Assembly (NCBI GenBank): GCA_963700285.1
Contig: CAVOXA010000001.1
Span: 608,001-672,000 of the forward strand
Source of the DNA: an uncultured Chloroflexia bacterium
GTDB lineage: Bacteria > Chloroflexota > Anaerolineae > JAAYZQ01
Length of the DNA: 64,000 bases
Reading direction: 5' to 3'
Positions 48,590 through 59,023 of the stretch are shown piece by piece. Made by a program: the position numbers and the translations under genes. How positions within the stretch are numbered: position 1 is the stretch's first letter; every line of letters starts with the position of its first letter. The notes beneath the pieces were generated by a model. It was not told the origin of the DNA. It did no database searches and saw only the letters and a list, made by a program, of their open reading frames with translations.

Positions 48590-50386
48590 ATGTTCAAAAA
48601 GACTAGGAAATTCCACGCTCATTTGGTATTGATTCTTGTCCTGCTGGGCAGCGCGCTGATCGTCACACCTGCGCACGCGGCAACAATCACGGTCAACGTT
48701 TTCACCGATGAGGATACCGACAACACAAACTGCTCTCTGCGTGAAGCTATAATTGCCGCGAATACAAACGCGGTATACAGGGGGTGTTCAGCCGGAGCTG
48801 GCTCAGATGATATCACCCTTCCTGCAGGGACGTTCACGCTCACATTGGGCAAGCAACTGCCTGTCGTAACCTCCTCCATGACGATCAACGGCAACAGCAG
48901 AACGGACACCTTCGTCCAGGCTTCAACCTGTGATCCTGTTACCCTGCCAGGTGGTTGTACTCCTGCCACCTACCGCGTCTTGGAAGTGGGCGGTGGGGGA
49001 TCCCTAACGATCAACAATCTGACCATACGACATGGGAACTGTCCGAACAGTCTTCTCTGCACCATCTCATCGGGAGATCAAGACAGCAACAAGGGCAAGG
49101 GCGGCGGCATCTTTAACAGTGGAATTCTGATGCTGAGTAACAGCACCATGTCAAGAAACAAAGCCACGAACGACGGTGGCGGCATCTACCTGTATCAAGG
49201 CTCCCTATCCATCACGGACACCGATATCGTGGACAACGCTGCTGGCACAGGCGGCGGCGGCGCCGCCAGCAGCGGCTCTGGCACGATAAACGTCATGAAC
49301 AGCGTTTTCGGGAGAAACACCGCGGGCAACGGTGGCGGCATCTCCACCAGTGGAGGCACGCTGAACGTGATGGGCAGTACTTTCGCGAATAACTCCGCTT
49401 CTGGTGGTGACGGCGGCGGCATCAACAGCGGTGGAACATTGACCGTGGATAAGAGTTCCATCCATGACAACACCGCTGGCAACAGGGGCGGCGGCATCGG
49501 GTCAACCGGTGGAGGTCCCAACAGCGTGACGAACAGCACCATCTCTTCCAACACCGCTTCCAGTAAAGGCGGCGGCATCTTTAACTATGACGACCTGAAC
49601 GTGACGAACAGCACGCTCACGGGCAACTCTGCTGCTGCCGGTGGCGGCTTTTACAGCGACCCCTATCAGCACGAGAACGATACCAAATACGCCGTAGTAA
49701 CCCTGAAGAACACCATCCTGGCCAATAGCACCAGTGGTGGCGATTGCTACAATTACGTGAATGGTCCAGAAAAACCAATTACCGGCAACAATAACCTCAT
49801 TGAAACAGAAGGGATCTCTCCTTGTGGAACGACTGCTCCCATAACCAACACTGATCCGAATCTGGGTACACTGACCGGTTCACCAGCTTTCTACCCCCTC
49901 AACGCTGGTTCGCCCGCCATTGATGCAGGCGATGATGCCACTTGTGCAGCGCAGCCCGTGAGTAATACTTCGCAGAATGGAGTCACCCGTCCACAAGGCT
50001 TGCATTGTGATATTGGCGCGTATGAAAAAACTCTGTCGGGGACCATCACCGTGAAAAAGCTGACGGTTCCTGCCGGGTCGGACCAAGCATTCGCCTTCAC
50101 GGGGGCCATCACGGCTCAGCTCAAGCATGGACAGAGCGCGACGGAGACGGTGGAGCCGGGCAGCTACAGCGTATCGGAGACGGTGCCAACGGGCTGGCAA
50201 TTGACGTCGATCCAGTGCGACGACAGCGATAGTGCGGGGGATGCGAGCACCGGCGAGGTCATCTTCCGTGTCCTGGCAGGAGAGGACGTGACCTGCACGT
50301 TTACGAACACGCAGGGCGGGGTCAAGCCGGACCATATGATCTATCTGCCCATGATGCACCAAGGCCCCAAGCCCAAACCAGAGTAG
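48590..50386 (+). CDS. CSLREA-domain secreted beta-helix protein with choice-of-anchor Q and a C-terminal Ig-like domain
   Basis: Signal peptide, CSLREAI, GGGI repeats, SPAIDAG..CDIGAYE, terminal IYLPMM. Confidence 0.9.
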   Translation: MFKKTRKFHAHLVLILVLLGSALIVTPAHAATITVNVFTDEDTDNTNCSLREAIIAANTNAVYRGCSAGAGSDDITLPAGTFTLTLGKQLPVVTSSMTINGNSRTDTFVQASTCDPVTLPGGCTPATYRVLEVGGGGSLTINNLTIRHGNCPNSLLCTISSGDQDSNKGKGGGIFNSGILMLSNSTMSRNKATNDGGGIYLYQGSLSITDTDIVDNAAGTGGGGAASSGSGTINVMNSVFGRNTAGNGGGISTSGGTLNVMGSTFANNSASGGDGGGINSGGTLTVDKSSIHDNTAGNRGGGIGSTGGGPNSVTNSTISSNTASSKGGGIFNYDDLNVTNSTLTGNSAAAGGGFYSDPYQHENDTKYAVVTLKNTILANSTSGGDCYNYVNGPEKPITGNNNLIETEGISPCGTTAPITNTDPNLGTLTGSPAFYPLNAGSPAIDAGDDATCAAQPVSNTSQNGVTRPQGLHCDIGAYEKTLSGTITVKKLTVPAGSDQAFAFTGAITAQLKHGQSATETVEPGSYSVSETVPTGWQLTSIQCDDSDSAGDASTGEVIFRVLAGEDVTCTFTNTQGGVKPDHMIYLPMMHQGPKPKPE

Positions 50387-50391
50387 CAGCT

Positions 50392-50444
50392 CAGGACTGG
50401 CAGACCCGGGACTCCATCCCGACCGAGGTCTGCCAGTCCTTTTC
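50392..50444 (+). terminator. Intrinsic terminator
   Basis: AGGACTGGCAGACC...GGTCTGCCAGTCCTTTT. Confidence 0.8.
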
Positions 50445-50664
50445 GCGTGATACCTGTACCCATTTCGCTCGTGCGGGACGACAGACTCCACCGAGCTCAG
50501 TCGAGCCCTCCAGCGTCGGTGGCAGCAAATCGCGTGCTGTGGCCTGCCAAGAGCTTTCGACGGGGGGTGTTGCCGGGGGGTGCCCTCCCGGACCAGTTGT
50601 GGAGCAAGGTATCCCCCGATGCTAAACGGGCTCCGCTCGCATGCTGGCTCCTGATGGCCAGAAG

Positions 50665-51798
50665 TCATTCGATCCAACAACTACCGGACTCACCCAGTCC
50701 GCCCTTTACCCGGACGCGGCCGGGCAGAAACTGGTTCACCACCCAGACGCTGGTCAGCAGGTGCTGGGTCACCGCCTCAGTTGTGAATTGCGACGGTCCG
50801 CTGGCCAGTGCAAGGGGCAGCACCAGTTGATCCGCCAGGTAACCGTCCACAGCGGCATCGCCCTGCAGGTAGGCCAACAGGTCCCGCGCTGCCTCCTCAG
50901 CCACCTGCTCCGCTGGCTTGCCCAGCTCCCCCAAGGATGTGAACCCGGCCGCAGCGTTCTCCGATTCGGCCCACAGGAATACCACCGTGCCCTGCCCCTT
51001 GGAGGGCGAGTCCACGACCTCAATGCGGGCGTTCACGCCATTCGCGCGCAGCGCCTGGAGTACCGCTTGCTCCTGCCGTACCCGGATGTGTTTGGGCAGA
51101 TTGCTGCTGGCCGACAGGCCCCGCACTCGCAACAAGTCTCCCCGCTGGCGCAAGTCCAGGCCGGACAGGCGAGTAGCCGCCGCGGCGCTGCCCTCCTTTG
51201 CCGCGTGTTGCGTGTTGCCTATTGTGTGGTGCGCGACGCCATCAGCCTGTAGCATGGAACTCGCCGCGCCCTCCACCGTCCCCTGGATGGCGCCGCCGCC
51301 CTGTGGGTACCAGCCCCACTTCTGGATGTTCACCTTGGCCCGGATCCCTACGCGCGCCAGAACCGGCAGGTACACGCGCTTCAGATAGTCGAAAGGTGGA
51401 CTCCAGGCCACGTGGGTACCGCCCCGGAGCGTCAGATTTGAAACACCCTCGGCCAAGGCCAGGGGCAGCAGTACCGTCTGCAGGATGAGGCTCACTGAGC
51501 CGGCGCTGCCCCCTTTGGCCGCCTGGGCCACGTCAAAGGTGTAGGTGCCCGCCTGCGGCGTTGAGCCTGGCACAAAGGTCACCGTCTGCGCGTTCAGCCT
51601 GGCTCCCTCCAGGCGGGCCCCGCACACCTTGGCCGCCGCCCGTACGCTTGTTAGATGTTGGGGCGCCAACCCCGGCTTACGCCGCCCGGCCCGGATGTGC
51701 TCAATGCGCACTGGCTGGCCGGTGATCGCTGCCATGGCCAGGCTGGTACGCAGCACCTGGCCGCCGCCTTCCCCGTACGAACCGTCAATGGTGAGCAT
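50665..51798 (-). CDS. rtcA: RNA 3'-terminal phosphate cyclase
   Basis: IDGSYGEGGGQVLR, GLAPQHL, GGTHV and YPQGGG motifs; ADQL motif preceded by Y rather than the usual His. Confidence 0.92.
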   Translation of the reverse strand: MLTIDGSYGEGGGQVLRTSLAMAAITGQPVRIEHIRAGRRKPGLAPQHLTSVRAAAKVCGARLEGARLNAQTVTFVPGSTPQAGTYTFDVAQAAKGGSAGSVSLILQTVLLPLALAEGVSNLTLRGGTHVAWSPPFDYLKRVYLPVLARVGIRAKVNIQKWGWYPQGGGAIQGTVEGAASSMLQADGVAHHTIGNTQHAAKEGSAAAATRLSGLDLRQRGDLLRVRGLSASSNLPKHIRVRQEQAVLQALRANGVNARIEVVDSPSKGQGTVVFLWAESENAAAGFTSLGELGKPAEQVAEEAARDLLAYLQGDAAVDGYLADQLVLPLALASGPSQFTTEAVTQHLLTSVWVVNQFLPGRVRVKGGLGESGSCWIE

Positions 51799-51944
51799 CT
51801 GGTTCCCCTCCTACTAGAGAGCGCCGGATCGACGTCGCTGGCTTGGGGACCCAGGCCAGTGTAGTTCTCAAGGGAGCCTCCTCCTGTTAGGACGCCCCTG
51901 GTGGTCCCGCTGCCAGGGCACTGAACAAGTTCAGGACTTCCAGG

Positions 51945-52979
51945 CTAGCCTGCTGGGCGGGGATGATGGCGTGGGTTGACGCCCAGACCCGAGCCGCCGG
52001 GCAGGATCAAGCGTCCATTCTCTACCCGCACCCCGGCAAAGGGATCGTCACTGATGAGCAGCGTGCCATCCAGGTCGGCCCAATCGACCAGCGGCGCCAG
52101 GTGGGCCGCTGCGGTGATGCCTACTGAGGTTTCCACCATGCAGCCTAGCATTACCTGCAGGTCGTGTGCCCGGGCCACAGCGATCATACGCTGTGCTTCG
52201 CGCAATCCGCCCGCCTTCTGTACCTTGATGTTAACCCCATCTACGCAGCCTGCCAGGCGGGGGATGTCGCGTGCCGTGCGCACAGGCTCGTCGGCAAAGA
52301 CTGGCAGCGGCGAGGCTTGGCGTACCTGGCGCATGCCCTCCAGGTCCTCCTCGGGCAGCGGTTGTTCGATCCATTCCAGACCCAGGTCGGCCAGGGCCGG
52401 GATGAGCTGGAGCGCCTGGTCAGCGGTCCAGGCGCAGTTGGCGTCGGCCACCAGGCGGGCGTCGCTCACGTCCCGCACGGCTCGCACCAGGGCCAGGCTG
52501 CGATCACCATCGCTGTCTAGCTTGAGCTTCAGGATCGGGAAGCCGGCGGCCTCGCGGGCCTTGGCCTGTACCTCCTCTACTGTCCCCAGACCGATGGTCA
52601 GTGACGTAACCGGCACCCGCTGCGGGTTCAGGCCCAGGAGCCGGTACAGCGGCGTGCCCAGCTTTTTGCCAACCAGATCGTGCAAGGCCATGTCCACGGC
52701 CGCCCTACCCGCTTGGGAGCCTGGCGGTAGGGCGGAGAGCAGGTCCTCCAGCAGGAAGGAATCGTTGCTTGGGGGCCAGCGCTGAGCGAGTGCCTCCAAG
52801 TATGCCACAACGGTGGCCTGGGTCTCATGGTGCTGGCGGACGGGTGCGGCTTCTCCCAGACCCTCGTGCTCGCCGTCGCCAATGCGAACGAGCACGTTAT
52901 GCCGCACTTTGCTGCTGCCGTGCGCAATGCGGAATGGTGTCTTGAGCGTCAGCGTGATCCGTTTATATCGCAGGTACAT
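51945..52979 (-). CDS. Dipeptide (L-Ala-D/L-Glu) epimerase, enolase superfamily
   Basis: KLK, DAN, EQP, DE, K and DLDG motifs. Confidence 0.93.
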   Translation of the reverse strand: MYLRYKRITLTLKTPFRIAHGSSKVRHNVLVRIGDGEHEGLGEAAPVRQHHETQATVVAYLEALAQRWPPSNDSFLLEDLLSALPPGSQAGRAAVDMALHDLVGKKLGTPLYRLLGLNPQRVPVTSLTIGLGTVEEVQAKAREAAGFPILKLKLDSDGDRSLALVRAVRDVSDARLVADANCAWTADQALQLIPALADLGLEWIEQPLPEEDLEGMRQVRQASPLPVFADEPVRTARDIPRLAGCVDGVNIKVQKAGGLREAQRMIAVARAHDLQVMLGCMVETSVGITAAAHLAPLVDWADLDGTLLISDDPFAGVRVENGRLILPGGSGLGVNPRHHPRPAG

Positions 52980-53220
52980 GTTCTCTATCCTTAGGTACTA
53001 GTCCTACCGGTTTCTCTCTATCTGCGAGGCAAAGTAGGTAGGCCCGCTATAGCCGTTCTGACCTTGTTGAACCTCTATGCAGCGATGATCTCCAGCGCCG
53101 AATCCATCCCGGCCGGTGGGCCAGGAAGGCCGGCTGACCCCAATTGGCCCGGGAATCGTTTTCAATAGGCAGGACAGGGTGATCGACAGCCCAGGCCGCA
53201 GGGGAATGCATGGGAAGCTG

Positions 53221-53574
53221 TCACAACCCAAGGCGCGAGCGCTGGACGGTCGATTTGTCGCCTTGAGTGCTCTCGCCGGTCAAACCCGGAACCTGAAGCA
53301 CAACATGATGGTAGTCGGTTGAGCTTGAGACAAATGTGTGCGCTTCGCCCGGTTCCACGATGACCAGGTCCCCGGCTGATAGCGCGATGCTCTGCCGCTC
53401 CACTCTGATCTCTGCCGTGCCGCGCACGACCAAGTAGATCTCGGTAATCTGAGCATGGACGTGGGGTTCGTCGATTCCCTTGTTCGCGAACCCGATGGAG
53501 ACACTGAGGTCAGAATTCCAAGGACCGGCGTACCATCCTTTGCCATCAGATAGATTCGCCTGCTTGAATCGCAT
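53221..53574 (-). CDS. Cupin domain protein
   Basis: H.H...E.Y.V..G and GD....PGEAH motifs. Confidence 0.88.
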   Translation of the reverse strand: MRFKQANLSDGKGWYAGPWNSDLSVSIGFANKGIDEPHVHAQITEIYLVVRGTAEIRVERQSIALSAGDLVIVEPGEAHTFVSSSTDYHHVVLQVPGLTGESTQGDKSTVQRSRLGL

Positions 53575-53670
53575 CCGGTGCTCTCCCAGTTCCTGTTTGG
53601 AGATGAAGAAGGTGGCGACCGCGGGCTCCGCCGATCAAGGGCGCCAGGTGTACAGGTTGGCCTGTTTGCC

Positions 53671-53946
53671 TCAACGCCAGAATTGCCACCAGGCGCCTTT
53701 GGTTTGCGCGCCTTTGTCCTGGTCGCGTGCCTGATGGCGCTCGTCATCCTCCGGCGCCAGCGCATCCAGCCACCGCCAGTCGAGTTCCTCTGGACCGAGC
53801 GCACCAGCGGGAGGTCGTACGGCAATGTTGGTCAGATTTGCCCCACAAGCCGGGCAATGGGGCCTGCTTGCAGGCCAGGTTCCACCACAGGAGACGCAGG
53901 TTTTCACTGTTTCCGATTCGGCTGTCGCCGAGTTCTCACTGCACAT
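53671..53946 (-). CDS. Small zinc-ribbon protein with a WWQFWR tail
   Basis: CVSCG...CPACG; GGAGG RBS. Confidence 0.6.
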   Translation of the reverse strand: MCSENSATAESETVKTCVSCGGTWPASRPHCPACGANLTNIAVRPPAGALGPEELDWRWLDALAPEDDERHQARDQDKGAQTKGAWWQFWR

Positions 53947-54143
53947 CAGTCCACTCCCCCTCCAGCAGTGCGGCAGACAAAGTCTCATGCCCAGCACTGC
54001 AGGCTGTTTTGACCATTGAATTATGCCACAACTGGCCAAGCACGTCAATCCCTGCCAAGTCCTCATGTGATTTTAATCATGAATACTATTCACTTTTTCA
54101 CTAAAATATGATATACTCCTGCTGAGCTTGTCAACAGAAGGAT

Positions 54144-55076
54144 GTGACCATGAACCCAGCAAACGATACCTCTCGGTTCACCCCAATTACCGCCATTCTG
54201 GCCGCAGTATTGGCCTTGGGCTCGCTGGTGAGCTATCTGTTCTGGCCCGATGTGTTGCAGGCTGGGGGAGTGGACTTTTACCTGGGTATTCTGCACCATA
54301 CAACCCTTTTCCGCTTTACCTATCTCGCTTTTGCACTCTCGGCCCTGGCTGCTTCGGTCCTGGTTCTGGCCATGTGGGATCTGCTGCGCTGGCTCAGCTT
54401 GCTAGGTGTTGTGGGCTACTCGGTGATTGCTCTGCACTTTTTTGCCTACCAGAACGAGGTCGTCCGGATCGCAGAGGCATACACAGACCAGGCCGGATCT
54501 TATGAGGCGTACGGCATCTATCTCGGTCCGACGTCATCAGGCCAGCTGTTGGTTGCGCTCTTTCCACCTGAATCAGCAGGTGAATCCGGTTTCGAGAAGG
54601 GTGCAGTATTGACAGCGGTTAACGGTCGGGCGATCTCCCGTGGCAGCACGCTGCAGGAGGTTTGGGATGGCAGTGAGGTCACGGTTACTCTGCGGGATGC
54701 AGATGGCGCGCAGCGAGAGGTGGTACTGGATTCCGGGCCGCAGTCGTATTGGAACCTTGACGCCCAGCAGGCTATCAGCGCCGTTGGCGAGCCAGCCCTT
54801 GACCGCAACTTCATGTTTGGCTTTGGCCTCGTCGGGCTGTGGCTTGTCGCGATCAACTGGCTGGCTTGGCGCTGGGATGCTTACCCTCGGATCTTGGCTC
54901 TGATCGGTGTCGGTGCCGGGCTGGCCTATTGGGCCTTTGCGGCGGGCAATCAGTTTGGCGTCGGGGTACTTGGCCAGGCTGGACCGTTAGTTGGCCTGGT
55001 ACTGCTGCCAGCGTGGCTGGTGTGGACGGGCATGGTCCTTCGTAGGCTCGGACCAGCAGCTGCAGAGTCTCAATAA
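54144..55076 (+). CDS. Multi-pass membrane protein (DUF4386-like) with an inserted PDZ-like domain
   Basis: 3+3 TMs around YGIYLG...ESAGESGFEKGAVLTAVNG...VTVTL. Confidence 0.7.
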   Translation: MTMNPANDTSRFTPITAILAAVLALGSLVSYLFWPDVLQAGGVDFYLGILHHTTLFRFTYLAFALSALAASVLVLAMWDLLRWLSLLGVVGYSVIALHFFAYQNEVVRIAEAYTDQAGSYEAYGIYLGPTSSGQLLVALFPPESAGESGFEKGAVLTAVNGRAISRGSTLQEVWDGSEVTVTLRDADGAQREVVLDSGPQSYWNLDAQQAISAVGEPALDRNFMFGFGLVGLWLVAINWLAWRWDAYPRILALIGVGAGLAYWAFAAGNQFGVGVLGQAGPLVGLVLLPAWLVWTGMVLRRLGPAAAESQ

Positions 55077-58000
55077 GGCTCCACCACGAGATCATCCCAG
55101 TACTTGCTGCCCGAAGAGTAGCTCCACAACCCGACGCGGCCATTCAGCAGCCGGCCACTATCCTTGTACCAGGCGTGCACCTGCCAGTCAGCGGGCTCTT
55201 CCGTACCCTCCGGCCATACCTTGGCTCGAACTTGTGTCCGCGATCCCGCGTCCTCCACTTCTAGTACGAACCAGTACCATAGGTTCGGCTCCGGCTTGAT
55301 CCCCGTATCAACATCTCCTTCGAGGATCACTGTACCATGAGGGTGTGGCGCAAGGTGGAAAGACGTGTCGCCATACCGCCGCAGCCGGTAATAGATATCC
55401 CGGTCCGCGTACTGGCTGTAAGCTGTCACCCCCAGGCCGCTTGCTGTGGACGTCATCAGCATCCGGCCCCGGAAGCGGAGGTCAGACCAATCCTCACTGC
55501 CCGCTCCGACATAGTGCGAGTGGATGTTCTTCTGCGTCGATTGGGTACCGAATGCCTTGTTCCCTTCGAGGTCGTATACCTTGAACAGGCGGTTGTCCTG
55601 CTGCATACTATTCCCGGCCTTTGTGTCGTACCAGCCGGCCGGATCAGCCGCCTCTGCATAGCCCTCAAAGTCCACCGCATAGAGCCAGGGTACCTGCTCA
55701 AAGGTCGCTGTAACGGCCGCATCGCCGGAAATCTCAATTGTGGCTGGATTCGAGAGACCAGACAGGGCTCCGCTCCAGCCGGTAAAAACCCACCCTCCAT
55801 CGGCTATCGCTTCGACCTGTACAGCGTCTCCGAAATAATAGCCTGCCTTCTGGGGCGTCACCGTCACCCGCCCTCCGCCGACGACAGTGGGAGTCAGTGT
55901 GTATTCTTTCATCACAAAGACAGCCAGCACTGCCTTGTCGCCATCCATGCCAACGGTAGCTGGGCTGTCGCTTCCCCCCAGGTCGCCATCCCAGTGGTCA
56001 AAGCGCCAGCCTTCTTTCCCTTCCGCTGCCAGCGTGACTTTTTCATCCAGTCTGTAGACAGCCTTGTCCGGTTGCTTGGAGACCGACCCCTCGCCCTCTG
56101 TGTCTATCGACAGGGAATACATGCCTTCGCTGAACGCTGCTGCTACCCTCTTGTCTCCATCCATGGTGATGCTGATGGAGCTCTCGGAGCCTGTTGCATC
56201 TCCGCTCCAGCCGGCAAAGTGCCAGCCGGCGCCAGCCAGTGCTGACAGTTCAACTTTCTCGCCATGGCCATAGGTCTCTTTCTCCGGCGAAACCTCTACG
56301 GCACCGTCCCCGGTCACCTCCACCCTCAATGTGTATGTTTCCTCGACAAAGACGGCCTCCACAATCTTATCCCCGTCCATGGTCACGGTCCCGGGGTTCT
56401 CGCTGCCAGATAGGTCGCCACCCCACCTCTCAAAACGCCAGCCAGGCTCCCCAGTCGCTGTGAGGGTCACTTCCTGACCATCCGCATACTGCGCCTGCTC
56501 CGGCGCTACACCCACAGCGCCCCGGCTCAACCCCTTGACCTCGAGGTCCCAGTACTGTATCGGTGTCACTGGGTGTGCCAGCAGATCATCCCAGTACTTG
56601 CTGCCCGAGGAGTAGCTCCACACGCCAATCCGGCCATGTGTCAGCCGGCCGCTGCCGCCGTGCCGGGCATTCACTTGCCAGTCCTCTGGCTCGGGAGTAC
56701 CCTCCGGCCAAACCTTGGCCCGGATCTCTGTCTGTGTTCCTGTGTTCCCTATCTCAATCAGGAACCAGTACCATACGTCTGGCCGCGGCTTGACCCCCGT
56801 ATCGGTATCCCCATCCAGGGCCACCGAGCTGTGGGGGTGCGAGGCCAGATGGAATGCCGTGCCGTCATGCCGTCGCAAGCGGTAGTAGACGTCCTCGTCC
56901 GCATACTTGCTGTAGAATGTTACCCCCACTCCGCTGTCCTGCGACGTAATCATCATCCTGCCCATGTAGCGAAAGCTTGACCATCCTTCGCTGCCCGCCT
57001 CTACATAGTGGGAGTGGATGTTGCTTTGCTCTGATTGGGTGCCAAAGGCCCGGGTCTCTCCAAGGTCGTAGACCTGGAACAGACCATCGTCCTGGACTGT
57101 GCTGTTGTCTGCCTGGGTGTCGTACCAGCCATCGGGATCCGAACCGGGTTCATATCCTTCAAAGTCCTCCTCGTACGAGACCGCGCTCTGGACAAAGATG
57201 GCCTCCACACTCATGTCGCCCGTGATTTTCAGGGCTTCCGGGCTTGCATGACCGAAGAGATTGCCCCTCCAGCGGCCCAGGGTGAAACCTGGTTCCGGTC
57301 GGGCTGTCAACTGGAGTTGTGTCCCCCAAGTGTATCCACTACCGCCGCAGTTGGGCGGTTGGCTGGTTTCTACCGAACCGGAGTCACTGGGCTCAACGCT
57401 CAAGGATAGCGTGTAACAGCCGGGGCCAAAGTTTGCTGTGACGGACCGGTCTCTGACCATCTCCAGGGACCAGGTTCCATCGCCGTTGTCCGTCAAGTCG
57501 TCAGAGTCGGCGCCGCTCCAGTTCTCAAAGACCCAGCCCTTTGCCGGCAAGGGGCTGAGTCGTACTACCTCACCTTCGGCGTAGGCAGCAGAGTTGGCTT
57601 CCCTGTCCACGGTTCCCTGGCCCACAGTGTCGATAGCCAGCGCGTAGACGTCACCCACCGGGCGGACTTGCACATCGCCAAAGGTCACATCGGTTTGATG
57701 GGCCAGCAGCAAGAAGCTTCCAGTTTGCGGATCGTTCAGCGCCTCCTGGCCCTTCAGGTCCCAACCCGAGGGCTCGGGCTCGTCTGCTCGCCACATTTTC
57801 AGCCGGTAGAAGCCGCCTTTTCCTGGCTTGGTCTCGACGCGCATTTTCAGGACATAGGGCACATTGAGCTCGAGTTTCTTGCTGTTTGTGCTATCCAAGA
57901 GCCTCTTGTGATTGCCATAAATGTGAAATCTCTTGCCGCCGGAATCATACCACCGGTACCAGCCCAGAGCGCCCAGGGGATACCAGCCGCTCTTGGGCTG

Positions 58001-58789
58001 CCAGCCCGAGACCGGATTGTCGGTGTGCCCCTTCCAGCGCATCAGGATCCCCACGCCGGGTGACCCGGAGGACCCGCGGCTGTGAACAGTGACCGGTACT
58101 GTGACCTCATAGTCGGACCAGATCATATCGCCGATTGCCACCAGCCGATCATATCCCCGTATCTTGGTGCGGATCCCCTCCGGCGTCAGCTCCCACAACC
58201 CATCCACCACCTGCGCCACCTGTTGGATATCCGAGATTTCGCTCCAATCGATGGCATAGCGCACCGGCCAGACGTTGTCAGGCTCGTATTGAAGTGTCAC
58301 TGTCTGGGCAGACTGGTTGCCCTGAGTATCTTGAGCGACAATCACAACTTTATTTATGCCTGGATAGAGGTTGTTGCGGTTAAGCTCGATGTTGAAATCG
58401 CCCTTGGAGGCCAGCCTGCGGCCATCAGGGCCGACGGAGAGGGATTGTTGCGCGTCGCCATTTAGCGAGTACTTGAGAGACTTGACCCCGTTGTCGTCCG
58501 AAACGCGGCCCAGAATGCTGATCCGCCGTTGGGGGTCGCCCAGGTGGCCAAATACTTGGCTGGAGCCATACCAGACGTTGATCAGTGGCGGCACACCTGC
58601 GGCAGAGGTCTGGCTGTCGCCCGGCGCGGGACCGTCGGCGACGGCCTCGGATTCCAAAGGTTCGGTCATCTCAAACAAGAAGCCCGTCCCGCCATCCGCC
58701 AGTGTTACAGAAAGGCGGGGAGTGAGAAGCGCCAGTGTGCCTAGAACGGCAAGGATCCAGGCGACGGGTTTGGGTTTCCGCTGCTTCAT
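55070..58789 (-). CDS. Large secreted protein with ConA-like/lectin-like domains and InlB B-type repeats
   Basis: Signal peptide; repeated G..V.L.A...GW.F..W.G units; ~200-aa domain duplicated (DFEGY...GSKYWDDL). Confidence 0.85.
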   Translation of the reverse strand: MKQRKPKPVAWILAVLGTLALLTPRLSVTLADGGTGFLFEMTEPLESEAVADGPAPGDSQTSAAGVPPLINVWYGSSQVFGHLGDPQRRISILGRVSDDNGVKSLKYSLNGDAQQSLSVGPDGRRLASKGDFNIELNRNNLYPGINKVVIVAQDTQGNQSAQTVTLQYEPDNVWPVRYAIDWSEISDIQQVAQVVDGLWELTPEGIRTKIRGYDRLVAIGDMIWSDYEVTVPVTVHSRGSSGSPGVGILMRWKGHTDNPVSGWQPKSGWYPLGALGWYRWYDSGGKRFHIYGNHKRLLDSTNSKKLELNVPYVLKMRVETKPGKGGFYRLKMWRADEPEPSGWDLKGQEALNDPQTGSFLLLAHQTDVTFGDVQVRPVGDVYALAIDTVGQGTVDREANSAAYAEGEVVRLSPLPAKGWVFENWSGADSDDLTDNGDGTWSLEMVRDRSVTANFGPGCYTLSLSVEPSDSGSVETSQPPNCGGSGYTWGTQLQLTARPEPGFTLGRWRGNLFGHASPEALKITGDMSVEAIFVQSAVSYEEDFEGYEPGSDPDGWYDTQADNSTVQDDGLFQVYDLGETRAFGTQSEQSNIHSHYVEAGSEGWSSFRYMGRMMITSQDSGVGVTFYSKYADEDVYYRLRRHDGTAFHLASHPHSSVALDGDTDTGVKPRPDVWYWFLIEIGNTGTQTEIRAKVWPEGTPEPEDWQVNARHGGSGRLTHGRIGVWSYSSGSKYWDDLLAHPVTPIQYWDLEVKGLSRGAVGVAPEQAQYADGQEVTLTATGEPGWRFERWGGDLSGSENPGTVTMDGDKIVEAVFVEETYTLRVEVTGDGAVEVSPEKETYGHGEKVELSALAGAGWHFAGWSGDATGSESSISITMDGDKRVAAAFSEGMYSLSIDTEGEGSVSKQPDKAVYRLDEKVTLAAEGKEGWRFDHWDGDLGGSDSPATVGMDGDKAVLAVFVMKEYTLTPTVVGGGRVTVTPQKAGYYFGDAVQVEAIADGGWVFTGWSGALSGLSNPATIEISGDAAVTATFEQVPWLYAVDFEGYAEAADPAGWYDTKAGNSMQQDNRLFKVYDLEGNKAFGTQSTQKNIHSHYVGAGSEDWSDLRFRGRMLMTSTASGLGVTAYSQYADRDIYYRLRRYGDTSFHLAPHPHGTVILEGDVDTGIKPEPNLWYWFVLEVEDAGSRTQVRAKVWPEGTEEPADWQVHAWYKDSGRLLNGRVGLWSYSSGSKYWDDLVVEPY

Positions 58790-58892
58790 TGAATTTGCCT
58801 CAATACGAGTGAGATGCGTTGATTCCGGGAGCCATTGTACCATCATCGCTGGGAGAAGGCAAGGGCGAAGGGGTCATGCAGGGGGTAAACCG

Positions 58893-58936
58893 AATGGGCC
58901 GCCAGCCCCTGCAATTGCAAGGGCTGGTGGCCCATC
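58893..58936. terminator. Hairpin downstream of carD
   Basis: ATGGGCCGCCAGCCC...GGGCTGGTGGCCCAT. Confidence 0.6.
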
Positions 58937-59023
58937 TTATGCTAGGCAACCTGGTTCCGGCTAGCGGATTCTAGGATTCGCCCAGGCCTGCTTGCCCAGA
59001 ACTCTCACATCCTATCGTTGCTC

